Translations under genes and position numbers: made by a program | Assembly: GCF_036321535.1 (NCBI RefSeq) | Contig: NC_087437.1 | Location: 88,972,001 to 89,036,000, forward strand | Reading direction: 5' to 3' | Source of the DNA: Camelus dromedarius | Taxonomy: Eukaryota | Length of the DNA stretch: 64,000 bases | The notes under the pieces: model-generated | Told to the model about the DNA's origin: nothing | Seen by the model: only the letters and a program-made list of their open reading frames with translations | Database searches by the model: none | Part shown: piece by piece, positions 51,826 to 64,000 of the stretch | Numbering within the stretch: the first letter of the stretch is position 1 | How the letters are laid out: each line of letters begins with the position of its first letter

Positions 51826-52545
51826 GTTTTTCAAATAACAACCATATTGATATGTAATTCATATACCATACAGCTCACTTAGTTAAAATGTACAATTTGA
51901 TAGATGTTAGTGTATTCGCAAGCATCATCATCACAATCAGTATCAGAACATTTTTGTCACTCCAAAATGAAACCTGATACCCACTGGTAGTCATCTAATT
52001 TCTCCAACCTTCCTCTATCCTTGGGCAGCCACTTGCTGCCTCTATAAATTTGCCTATTCTGAGCATTTCATATAATGGAATCATACGACATGTGTTCTTT
52101 TGTGTCTTAGCATATGTTTTTAAGATCCTTCCATATCGTAACATGTATCAGTCCTTTATTTTTTATTACCAAATAATACTGCATTGTCTAGACATAGCAC
52201 ATTTTATTTACTCATTTGTCAGTTGATGGATATTTGGGGTTTTCAATGTTTGTTAAAAATAATAATGAACATTTGTGTATGAATTTTTATGTAAACATAT
52301 GTTTTCATTTCTCTTCGGTATGTATCTAGGAATGGAGTTGTAGGGTCAGTGACACCCTTTTGTTTAAGGTTTTGTGGAGTTGCTATACTGTTTTCCAAAG
52401 CTCTACATCATTTTGTCTTAAATCGCATTATATGAGGGTTCCAATGTCTCTACATCCTCTCTAATGCTTGTTATCCTCTGTCTTTTCTAATATGTTCATC
52501 CTAGTGGGTGTGAAGTTGTTTTGATTTGCATTTCCCTGATCGCTA
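51826..52545 (-). mobile_element. L1MB-like 3' fragment
   Basis: 'taattcatataccatac...aaaatgtacaatt...agaacatttttgtcactccaaaatgaaacc...atttgcctattctgagcatttcatataatggaatcatac...tttgatttgcatttccctgat'. Confidence 0.85.
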
Positions 52546-54000
52546 TCCAATGTTTTAAAATGATCTGAAATTATACCACATACCTGGGAGAACTTACAGA
52601 GTGCCTTGTTTTAGATGGATGCTGAATTTATCTCAAACATCATTTAAAATATTAAGCTTGAGCAATATGGACAATATCAAAATGCAGATGGGAAAGTAAC
52701 TGTACATGCAGGACACTCTTGATGGCTTATTCCTGTTTATGACTTCTCTGCAGGCCCTCTACCTTTAGCAGTGTCTACCAATGGTGGTAGAATTAGAGGT
52801 GACTAGAGGATGCACTGTCATTTTATTTTTCAGATTAGGTGGCCCCATAACAATAGCACAAATGGTATTCTAAATAGTTATAATGGACCCTATCCTGCCT
52901 CATGTATCATTCTAATGAAGTATTACAGATTGGTTTTACAAGAGATTAACTAGAAATTACCCAAAAGTCAGAAACTTCTTTTATATCACTATATTCTTTT
53001 CCCACAGATGCTACTAAAACATCTTAAATAAATGTGTTTAACAGATGGTTGGCTTTCAAAGAAATCCACAGCTCTTTTTGGGGAAGAATATTTTTGGTGT
53101 ATTAATAACAATGGCAATTGATGTAACGTGAGAAACAGGTGTTATCCAGGAAAAAAACACATTTACTTGATCACGCAAAGCAAATTCAAATAGATTGCTT
53201 TGGCTTTTAGCCTTGTTTTGTTTTGCCTTTTTTTGTGTGCGTGAGCACACTATTGAGTTCCTTACGTGAATCTGCTGTTTGGTCTTTATTTACTAAATAT
53301 GACATTATTATTGAATAAGTAATTTGCGCAAGGATATTAAAAAGCCCATTAACATTATGGTTTAGAAATTCACAACTTTTAAAATTTTTATAAGCACAAA
53401 ATTTTGGAAGTTCTGTGTTTGTTGAATAAATAGATTTTTAAATGTGCAATTCTATCAGAACTGTATTTCCATATGGCTACAACAATAATTCATAACTATG
53501 TAAATTTCAGGATTGTCCTACAATGCTGGAGGTTCTAAGTGCAGGCAAGAATGATGGACTATAATTAAGTGTATTTGCCTATGCCATCTGGAAGCCTTTT
53601 ACAGTCCATTAATTAGTAAAATTATTATAATATTCTCAGTTAATGGATTCTGTCAGATTCAAGCTCTAGATTTGTTTATGGTTGAAGGGCTGTTTGTGTG
53701 TTTGTATAAGAGCTTGGTTAGTTATTTCAGTGATGTGTGTGGCTATTACTAAGTGCTACTTATCCATTCCTTTATATCTTATTGTTTTAATAGATTGAAA
53801 CTCAGGAAACTCACTGAGGTTTTTGTGATTTTGGACAGGCAATAATGAAAAAGTACATATTGTGTGCATAATTGCACATGATCCATAAAGCTGTACTCAC
53901 CCTTTATTTAGGGCTACTGTGGGCCAAATGGTTTATCTCCTTGGCACAGTAGGTTATGGGGGCAAGAAAATATATTCCCTTAATTTAACATGTACACCTT

Positions 54001-54744
54001 TGTTGTAGAAAAGCAAATGTGTCTGGGCTCTGCCCATGATTTCTAAGAGGAAACTTCTGAACCTTTGTGATTTACTGAGAGATAGGCATGTCTTTATTAC
54101 TCACTGTGTTCCCTTGGACTACACCTGAATTTATGCTAAAGAGGGTGGGAACTGGTCATGCCAGAAGGACTAACCATGTGGTTAGAGGTTTGGAGTTTGA
54201 GCCACATGATATCAGATAGACCTCCTGACATCTGGTGGAGGTGATACAGGCTAGAGATTGAGTTCAGTCATGGGACCAAGCAGTCAATCATTCATGTGAA
54301 CATAATGAAACCTCACTAAAAACTCTGGACGCTGAGGATCAGGTGAACTTCCTGGTTGGCTAACACACAAATGTGCCAGGAGGGTGACACATCTGAACTC
54401 CACAGGGAGGGGATGTGAAAGCTCAGGACCCTCCCAAACCTCATCTGGTGTGTTTCTTCATTTAACTGATCTTGACTTGTATCCTATATACTAAAACTGT
54501 AATCGTAAAGATAATGCTCTATTGAGTTTCGTGAGTCATTCTATTGAATTATCAAACCTGAGTGGGTCACAGGAAACCTTGAATTTGTAGTCAGTAGATC
54601 AGAAGTGCAGGTGAGCTGGAGATCCCAAACTTGTCAGCTGGAGCTGACATCTGAAGTGAGGGAGGTCTTGTTGGGGACCATGACCTTAACTTGAATCTGT
54701 GCTAACTTGGGTGGTCAGTGTCAGAATCACATCACAGTATTACA
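54001..54744 (+). mobile_element. ERVL-class solo LTR (MER77/MER21-like)
   Basis: TG...CA ends, 5-bp TSD acctt/agctt; 'cacctgaatttatgctaa', 'aaccatgtggttagagg', 'ctagagattgagttcagtca', 'gaattatcaaacctga', 'agtgtcagaat'. Confidence 0.85.
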
Positions 54745-55527
54745 AGCTTCCAATTTATTTCTACCTAGAGCTCTTCATTTCACTTGAAGTTTTGTCTACA
54801 AGCCTCTAAATGGCCATATTCTAAACTTCACAAAATGGTGTTGCTTGGCAGCTAAATACTGGATTCTCCAGATTCTGATCATCAATATCACTCCCTCTAT
54901 TATTTACACCAACCGTAGGCAGTGCTTTATAGAAGTTACAAAGTTATGGAAAGGTACCATGGCTCCAAGAATACAAGATAAGACGTGGTGTGGAGCTGGG
55001 CCTTCTTTGTCACTAAGAATTATGAACTTGAAAATAATTAGTTATTCAATCTGGACCCATCTCATCATCCCCAAAATAAGATATTTGACTAAATAAACTT
55101 TAAAGTCTCTGGGAGCACTTAAGTTGTAAGATTCTTTGAATTTTGATGCATCAGTTTCCCTGTCAGTAAATGGGAGTCAATCTGACTGAATCTCATTAAA
55201 CTCTGATGAGAAATAACTGAAACATTTCTGTCTGTAGGAAAGGAATAGACTTGATTCATTCTAAGTATGTTGCAATTCTATTAAGAGTTCCACAGGAAAG
55301 TGAGAAAACAAAAAAATGTAAGGCTTCCAGTTTCAAGAGAAAGCAGTTTTCCCTTGGCATCCAACAATGATGTAAAATATAAAGGCTTATATGGTGAGGA
55401 GCAGACATGGACTTTTACTGTACTTGATTTCTACTTGGATATAATTTTTTAATTAATACAAAATGTAAATATTGGTTAAAATATGTTTGTAATACATGAC
55501 ATAATATCTGCTTACTGCTTGAATGTG

Positions 55528-55768
55528 TTTTTCTTTTTCTTTCTTTTTTTCTTTCTTTCTCTCTCTCCCTCCCTCTTTCTCCCTTCCTCTTTCTCCCTTC
55601 CTTCCTTCCTCCCTTCCTTCCTCCATCTTTCTCTCTCTTTCTTTCTTTATTTTTTTGTTTCTCTCTTTTTTTCTCTTTCTGTCTCTCTCTCTCTGTCTCT
55701 CTCTCTCTGTTTCTCTCTCTCTCTCACTCTCCCTAACATTCTCTCTTTTTTTCCTTTCTTCTCTCTCT
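55528..55768. repeat. CT-rich low-complexity polypyrimidine tract
   Basis: Directly visible mixed (CT)n/(CTTC)n/(TTTC)n. Confidence 0.95.
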
Positions 55769-55949
55769 GATCAATAGCCCCCACCCAACTCTGGCTTCTG
55801 AGAGAAATTACTCACATCACTGCAAAAGCCAAAGCACAAGTCAAGATGTTCAGTCACACATTATTCATGTGTGTCACTGAACATTATGGCAAAGGAGCTA
55901 TGTGATTATAATGCAACAGAAGTTCACATTATAATCAAATTATAAAAGA

Positions 55950-56780
55950 AGCATGGAATTTGGAGTCAAGCAGGGCCTGATTTGAGTCCTAGCCGCCCCA
56001 TACACCAGCTATGTGACCTTAGACAGCTTACATTAACTTTAATGAGCTTGTTTTCTCTTATGCAAAATTTATTTTTTATTTTTTTTAATTGAAGTATAGT
56101 CAGTTTACAATGCTGTGTTAGTTTCTGAGGTACAGCATAGTGGTTCAGTTATATATATATTCCTTTTCATATCCTTTTCACTATAGGCCATTACAAAGTA
56201 CTGAATGTAGTTCCCTATGTATACAGTGGGACCTTGCTGTTTATTTATTTTATATGTAGTGATTAGTATCTGCAAATCTCGAACTTCCAATTTATCCCTC
56301 CCCTCTCCCTCTCCCCATTATAACCATGTTTGTTTTCTATGTCTGTGAGTCCATCTCTGGTTTGTAAATAAGTTCATTTGTGTATTTTTTAAAGATTCCA
56401 CAAAAAGTGATATTATATGATAGTTTTCTTTCTCTTTCTGGTTTACTTCACTTAGTATGATAATCTCCAGGTCCATCCACGCTGCTACAAATGGCATTAT
56501 TTTATTTTATTTTTTTATATTGAGTAGTATTCCACTGTATAATTATACCACAACTTTATCCAGTCCTCTGTTGATGAACATTTAGGTTGCTTCTGTGTCT
56601 TGGCTATTGTACATAGTGCTGCTATGAACACTGGGGTGCATTTATCTTTTTGAATTAGAGTTACCTCCGGTTATATGTCCAGGAGTGGGATTCTGCACAA
56701 TTTGTGTTTTACGGGGTTTTGTTTAGTGTTTAGCATAGTGGCTAGTATATAATAAATGATCAATAAAACGGTAACTATTC
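55950..56780 (+). mobile_element. MIR SINE split by an L1 insertion
   Basis: 5' part 'gcatggaatttggagtcaag...tttgagtcctagc...agctatgtgacctt' to ~56060; 3' part 'tttagcatagtggctagtatataataaatgatcaataaa' after 56700. Confidence 0.75.
56071..56693 (-). mobile_element. 5'-truncated L1 3'UTR
   Basis: Antisense terminus 'ttttttaattgaagtatagtcagtttacaatg' through 'caggagtgggatt'; probable TSD tgca(a/c)aattt at 56061-56070 and 56694-56703. Confidence 0.92.
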
Positions 56781-56979
56781 TCGAGAGAATGATGAGATCC
56801 TATTTTCCTTTGTTGACTTCAGGTTCTGCATTTTTCAGATGAGAAGGTTGGGCTAGATAACTGCTAAAGATACTCCCATTTTTAATATTCTGATTCTTAA
56901 TTATTTTTTGTTAATATTTTATCACCACATCACCCCATCCGTATAATTTACAGCACTATATTACACAATATGAGACTAT

Positions 56980-57071
56980 TTGAAAAATTGAAGGTCAGTT
57001 ACAATGTGTCAGCTTCTGGTGTACAACACAATGTCCCAGTCATGCATATACATACATATTTTCGTTTTCAT
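56980..57071 (-). mobile_element. Very short (~90 nt) L1 3'-end stub
   Basis: 'aattgaaggtcagttacaatgtgtcagcttctggtgtacaacacaatgtccc' is antisense to the terminus at 37245-37300; TSD acaatatgag at 56965-56974 and 57072-57081. Confidence 0.85.
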
Positions 57072-59479
57072 ACAATATGAGGCTTCTATTACTTCTTGAA
57101 AGTCAAATAACTAAATTTAATTTATTTACTTTGTCCCTGATATTTTATAATAACTCTCATAGAGTAGAATAGGTGCTTTGAGTTTATATTTTTGCCACTA
57201 CCCCCTTCCCTCATGAATGTTTAAAGTCAAGCACATTCTCTGATCTGTCCTCTTTGGGACAGACCATCACATCTGTGGAGGTAGTTAAAGTCACAGGAAC
57301 ATTACACTGTGGCAGAACAGTGTTAGTTTTGAAAGAAGTATCTCAGCCTTATCAGTGTACAAAAGATTTGGTTAAGAACCCCTGCAGGAAGAGGAAGATG
57401 CATTACAGCATCTCTTTGGCACACCAGTTGGGTAGACATCTCAACTTAAGGACCGTCATTCAACATTGCATTAAGTAAATTGTTTATGTGAAAATTCAGT
57501 TTCACCCCCATAGATTAATTGGGGCATAACTATGGGTTTTACAAATGAATGTAATTATGAACCTTATTTAAATAGTGTTTGCCTTTTTGTGGTTTTTTTG
57601 AATTCACATTCAACATTTTCTGGAATATATGTATAATATAGGTAACTAGAACTCTAATCTATTTTGCAAATGTTGAACTTTGGATACTTTCTTTCTTAAT
57701 GCAGAGACAGTCACAAAAACTGAAGGGCTGAAAAATAAGAATGGGTTTTTAAAATTTACAGCCAGTTATATTACGCACTGCTTTGGGCTCCAACTAGAGT
57801 TTTGTTTTTTCAGGAAGAACTGGTTTTTTTTTCCTTTAAAATCTATGCTTCATAGCATAATTATTATGTAAGTAAAAATAAAACTCCTTGTCCTTAAGTG
57901 GTTGAGGAGGGTGACAAAGTGGAGCATAGTCATTTATTTAAACATTTGATTTTTGATTAGTGTAAAAAAGGGGAAAAAAAGCAATAAGCATTTCCTTTTT
58001 GCTGATGGGGCTGTCAGGAAAGAATATTATTTTTTAAAAAGAGTTAAAAGTCCATCCAAGTGCTCCAGCTCTAAATCTATTGCGTACAGCCATTTCAAGA
58101 CTATCTTCATCTACTCCCTATAGATTTAATTTTTATGAGCCTCAAATTTTCATTGTATTGAACTTCCATCACATTATAATCACAAACTAAGATTTATTAT
58201 AGTACAACTTTTTGGTAAGTGGTGCGCTGTGCCTGCAAAATGACTTTTGAGAGCACACGAGGAATGACAAAATTTGAGACAGATGCATTTTTTTTATATT
58301 AGTTTCTAAAAATCCAAACACAGAAGTTTACCTTACAATTAATAATTCAGTGGCCAATAAAATCTATATGGGAAGGATGAATTAATACCAAAAAATGAAA
58401 AAACTGAGGAAAATGATGTATATTTTGCTCTATCCACCAAATGTTATTTTCTAATAAAAATATTTTAAAAAAATTAGATTTATTTTTAGGTTATGATAAA
58501 AATCTTACAGATGAGCTATATTTAACATCACTTATAACTTGGTATGAACTATAAAGTCACAATTCAAAGACAAAGTGCAACTAATTCCAATTGATTTATA
58601 TGTATGTCTACTTCCCAGGTGGATTGTTGAACAGTTTATCAACTGACACATTATAGAGCTTTATTTTCCTTTTTAAAAATGCATTTATATTACATGAATT
58701 ATCTACAATAACCGATTAGGTCCCCATTGCATATTCTTTAGGTGCAGACATAGGCTATGAATCTTCCCAGAAGGCAGGTGGTCTCATTTCTAGCCAACTT
58801 AAATCACATTTTTTTTTTTACTGGATTTCTCATAGTCTCTGTTTCCTTAGGTGCTAACAAATCACACCAAATGTCTGTGTCTGGCCCTCACATTTTCTTT
58901 CTGGCCCTGGTGTTATTAGTTAGGAAGCCTTCCAACTGTATAACAAACAATGTAAAGGGGTGAATCAGGGGGGAAAAAATTTCCAACATTCTCTGGTCAG
59001 AGATGTAAGAAGGGTTAATCCTGACTCTACAGCTGTTACTCCAATGAATCTTACAAGTTATATCCAAGCAGTATCTTTATCTCAAATATTTTAATTATGC
59101 TAGATGTTCAGTAAAATAGGACTAGTGTTAACCTTGCAGGATCAGACACAATGAGTCAAAAGTCACACAAGTCCTCAATTATAAAACACAGGGACCAGGA
59201 AAGGTGAAATTCATAGGCATAAAATTGCATCTGAAGTCACTAATTTCTTTATGTAGATGTATGTAAAAAGAGATAAAGAAATAAACAGCATATAATTTAA
59301 CATTCCACATACAGGAGATATACTGAAAGTAGGCTACGAAAATACAAAGTGATGTATCTTGGGTGACATCATCCAAACCAGTAGTTCTTTTATTATATAT
59401 GGATTAATAAACAGTCACATTGATCTGTTTAATCTAGTTCGTAACAGTCATCACTTAATGAAATATCATTCATTTTTAT

Positions 59480-59615
59480 GTTTATTGTCTTTATCCCTGG
59501 ACATTTCCTGTTAGTTTAAGCCTCTTGATGAAAGGCTCTGACTGTCTTGTCATCGCTGTATTCCCAACTGTTGAAACAGTGCCTGGCCCACTGAAAGCAC
59601 TCAATTAATATTGAG
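59480..59615 (+). mobile_element. L2 3' tail
   Basis: 'ctgtcttgtcatcgctgtattccca...aacagtgcctggccca...gcactcaattaatattg'. Confidence 0.75.
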
Positions 59616-60199
59616 GGCTGACTGCTAGTGACTTCCTATTATACTCTGTTTCTAATCAGACACCACTGATGCTGATTTTCAGTTGTGTAGCACTCCACAA
59701 AAACTTTTCTTATGTTATATGTTTAAACTTCTATCAGCTGTGTTCTTTCACATATAATTTTAGGATGCTCCTGCTTTTAAGGTTTTAGTTTCTATTTCAT
59801 ATCCAAAAACTCAACACATTACACAAGACAAATCATTTGTGACAAAAAATCAAATGTAAAAATACAATCTAGTAACTATGTCATTGGTTTGATAGCTAAT
59901 GCAGTATGTGATAGTGTCACAAAACAAACAAATATTAAGTTCTTCTGGGATGTTATTATCAACAGTATTTGAAAAAGCAACTTTGAACTAACACTAAGAT
60001 ATAGTCAAAAATTCTCATTTATAAACTAAGTATTTTTTATATATGACTAAGCCATTGTTTACAACTCAAAGAATTCAGTCTGACTTTAAAACTTTTTTTG
60101 CAAAAACAAATAACTGGGAGTTAATAATAAACTAAATGTTTAATCAAACCTATGGGAATCTAATTTTAACTCCAGTGTTTAATAAAAATTCAGAACAAT

Positions 60200-60458
60200 C
60201 TCTCATGCACTGTTGGTGGGAATGTCAACTGGCTCAGCCACTATGGAAAACAGTGTAGAGGTTCCTCAAAAATGTGAAAATAGAAATGCCATATGATCCA
60301 GAAATTCTTCTTCTAGGTATTTACTTTAATGAAACAAAAATATTAATTGAAAAATATACATGCATCCCAACATTTATTACAGAATTGTTTACAATAGCCA
60401 AGATAAGGAAGCAATCTAAGTATTCACCAACAGATGAATGGATAAAGACGACGTAGTA

Positions 60459-60494
<36 letters not shown>

Positions 60495-60947
60495 CATATA
60501 TACAAAATGGAGCATTAATCACAAAAAAGAATGAAATTTGGCCATTTGCGACAACATGAATGTATCTAGAGGGTATTTTGCTAAATAAGTCAGAGACAGA
60601 AAGACAAATACTGTATGTTTTTACTTATATGTAAAATCTAAAAAACAAAACAAATGAACAAAGAAAAACAGAAATTGCCTTACAGATACAGAGAACAAAC
60701 TGGTGGTTTCCATACAGGAGGAGGGGGTGAGGAGAATGGACAAAATAGGTAAAGGGGATTAACAGGTAAATTAATACCAGCTGTAAGATACGTAAGTCAC
60801 AAGAATGTCATGTACAGCACAGGGAATATAGTCAATAATATTATAGTAACTTTCTATGGTCTGTAATGTATAAAAGTATTGAATCAGTATGTTGTACACC
60901 TGAAACTAATATAATATTGTAAGTCAACTATACTTCAATAAAGAAAA
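60200..60947 (+). mobile_element. 5'-truncated L1 (ORF2 end plus 3'UTR) with internal (TG)n at ~60463-60491
   Basis: ORF 60274-60456 (EMPYDPEILLLGIY...FTIAK...TDEWIK) is L1 ORF2/3' region; terminus 'tgtacacctgaaactaatataatattgtaagtcaactatacttcaataaa'. Confidence 0.93.
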
Positions 60948-63900
60948 ACAGAAGCAAAAAACAAATTATGATTCCAAATTGCAAATTTTCTTTTTTACAT
61001 GCTAATTCAACTGTGTATGTGTTTTACCTGGCAGGCTAGTATGGGCATGGGTCAAGTAGGAGGATTTGAAATAAACAAACAGCAATTCAACCATGGATTT
61101 TATATGAGATACAATGTTCTGGTTATAGAATTTATAACTAATATCAAGGATTTGTTCTTTTTTATGTATAGAAAACAATAGTGTACTGTCTGTGTCACTG
61201 GTTTGTGGGAGATCTACCAGCATAAAGTTTTACTATTCTTTTGTACATATATTGTTACAATGGCTGCAAAGTTAAATAATAAGTTTCTAAACAACAGTAC
61301 TTACCTTTTGTCCTGAATTTATCTATTACTGTTCCTTACTATGAAAAACTTTCATTAATAAAAATAAGCTATTATTAATATTAAATATTATCAAAGTTTA
61401 ATAAGCAAATCCATAAAATTGGTATTTGCTGAAGATACTTTTTATATATTTCTTGTAAGTTATTGAAAGTTTATATCTTCTATTGCTCCAAACTAAAAAA
61501 TTAATCCCAGTTTGATCTTGTAAAATTTATGTAATTAAAATGCATCTATTTCTTTCAAAAAAGAAAAAGAAAAATTAAGCTGAACTACTTTCTACACCTT
61601 GAACATAGTGCAGAAAAAAAAACTACAAATATGCTCTATGAACATTTTTGAGGGACATTTAAATATTTTCAAACAGAAGTCATATCTTTGGAATCTAAAT
61701 TTAGAGACTAGATAAAAATGAAAGGTTTACTAATTCAAGACTGGAATGTCTTGTGTTTGTATAAGGATTATTTATGCTCATATGAAGTTTTTATTAAATT
61801 TCAATACTCACTTTTATTTTCCTAGTTCAGGATTTAGCCATTTTCTTTCATATCCTGTTATTTATCCTAAAACACCAAGCAGGGATGATTTCATGAGCAG
61901 ACAACTGGGTAGTTGTCTAAGTCTTGTAACTGACCCCTGTTAAGATTTATCTGAACTTCTATCTAAATCCATCTTCACAAATTCTTCCATGGCTCACTTT
62001 ATTTTGTTTTCTCATGTCCTGAGGAGGAAAGGACATTAAAAAGTAATTTAGTTCAACTCTCTGGAATTATTATCCATCCTGATGAGAGATCATTTGTGCA
62101 AAGAAAAAAATCTGTCTTGTATTTTTTCTAAGTCATATACTTCAAGAGATTATTTATCCACCTTTTCTCAATCCAATTACTTTTCTCCTGATGCACTGAG
62201 AAATATGTTGAGAACATGAACATTTTAGTGAGAATCATGACTAGAAAAGGGAAGAAAGGAAAATTGTTTTCAGAAAATGGAGCACATCACAGGGAAACTG
62301 ACCTGGGTTGGGAGAAGCCATTGAAGTCTTTAAGGAAATGCTTAACTAATTACTAAAAGGGGTGCCAGAAGAAAAGAAAGAAGAGGAAGAGAAGAGCTTT
62401 ACATTTATCAAAAATTGTGCTGAAGTTTGCTTCTAGGCCATTTTCTGATTTCAGGACTAAGCCCAATTCAAAACTGTTTTCAAAATGAAGAGTGAGCCAT
62501 AGTTTAAGAAGTTTAAAGGATTTTTTTCCTATACGCTAATAAACAAAAGTAAGCAGGTTGCCTTAAGTATTTTAGACATAGTCTAAGTGATTTTATCAGT
62601 AATGGTAATAGTTTGTGTGGAGTAAGAAAACTAAAAATATACAGTTTAATTTCTCCTGACCTCATAAAATCTAATATTTTAAATAGACTTTAGCAATGTT
62701 CCCAGAGAAAAGGAATCTGTTTCTGCTAGTGGGTTTAATTAGCGTAAAATAGTATCCACATAATATTCACCAGCTGTAGATCAGGAAATTATTTATTTCT
62801 TTGAGTTGATGAAATTGATGTTTTTTTTAATATTTTTTTGGACAAACACTTCTGATTTATTATATTTTAACACATATCTGCTTTCCAAGTAGTCATATAC
62901 TCTATAATTTCAGGATGAGTTTTATTACTGTTAGTAAAAGAGGAAGAAATGAATGGTGGCTGAAGTTTGAGTAATGAACACTATCTGAATGACCTGAGGA
63001 TGGGTCTAGAGCCCTGATCCATAGCTCACAGATCAGGTCTAGCCACACAACCATGACCAGGTCTTTGCAGGTATGTTGCAGAAGTCATCATTCAACCACG
63101 TTGATTTTCATTTAAATCACTGGAGTCTCTTTGGGGTTCAAGTAGAACTTTCTGTAACATTAAAAGAATATCCTTTCGATGACTGGATTTTACAGCTGTA
63201 TGCTCTGGCCAGGTAGATTGTAGTTAATTACACTCTAGACTAGAAATAGCAAATTGGTGTTCTGTAAATTTCCACTGCCAAGTCATAGGTTGTGTGCGCC
63301 TCTGAAATACTTATTTAAAGGCTGAAGAGCCCTTAACTAACACAGTACTCAGTATTTAAACAAACAAATATTAAAAGGAGTACAGAAAATACATGTAGAG
63401 CTTTCTGATTGTGTTTGTTTATGGGCCTTAAACTACCCATAAACATTGTCTGTTACAACTACACAAAATAGAAAGAATGAAGTAGAGTTGTTTCTCTGAA
63501 TTTTCTTTTTGAAATTTTTTTATTGTTACAGAAATACTTAACAAAATATGACCTTATATGTGAGTTCTTAATTAACTCAACATGATGTTTATAACATCTA
63601 ATAAAAAACTTTAACTTTGTTTTTGAACAGAAATTACCCAGAATAAACTCTACATGTAATCAATCAAATTCTGTAATTCTGAGGAAGGTCCCCTGGGCCT
63701 TGTAAAATGCTCATGCATTTATTAAACACTTAAGTCACACACTTCTACACTATTAGTTTGGCCAGCTGTGTAGCTGTTTATCCTCTTATATGGAATTCCT
63801 GAGAGAACAAGCATGTTCTTGTTGACATCCCTTAAACTTCTGCTGCCCCATAGGGGTTCAAAGCAATGAAGCGAGAAATTGAGTTGAGGGAGTGGAGAGG

Positions 63901-64000
63901 ACTCCTGACAATATCAGCAAACTGCTTTGTGCTAATCATCAGACATGGCTTTGGATGCGTCCGGGTCCTAACTGTGCCTCTTGTGATGGTTCTGTTAACC

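Noticed and set aside
55483..55777. F/S/L-rich hydrophobic ORFs (also 32582-32797)
   Set aside because: They are translations of CT-rich simple repeats.
1..64000. CRISPR array, operon, retron or other novel multi-gene system; CpG-island promoter
   Set aside because: I saw no regularly spaced repeat-spacer array, no long ORF (maximum 115 aa) and no CpG island; the window reads as mammalian non-coding DNA.

Overview
This is a 64-kb, AT-rich, CpG-poor stretch of non-coding eutherian genomic DNA (a large intron or gene desert). It is most likely camelid (alpaca/llama/camel), because two tRNA-Ala-derived Vic-1-like SINEs are present and I saw no Alu, B1/B2, Bov-tA or PRE-1 SINEs. I found no host protein-coding exon, RNA gene, CRISPR array or prokaryotic system. 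The ORF track is explained by L1 ORF2 remnants, microsatellites and chance ORFs. The window is mostly transposon fossils: L1 3' fragments (several with target-site duplications, TSDs), L2, MIR, L3/CR1, MaLR/ERVL/ERV1 LTRs and hAT elements. The best second-look items are: a perfect 35-bp-arm hairpin of pre-miRNA size (45017-45092); a MER41-like solo LTR with two canonical STAT/GAS sites (43875-44318); a TALE/HOX motif cluster (~7.1-7.5 kb); a four-site RCGTGA (bHLH-PAS) cluster (~53.1-53.3 kb); an ERV remnant with a tRNA-Ser primer-binding site (PBS); two CTCF-like motifs; and L1 insertion oddities (nested stub with a possible 3' transduction, possible twin-priming inversion). Repeat family names come from recall of consensus sequences, not from a database search, and most boundaries of old elements are approximate. 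I cannot support a claim of a wholly new biological system here.
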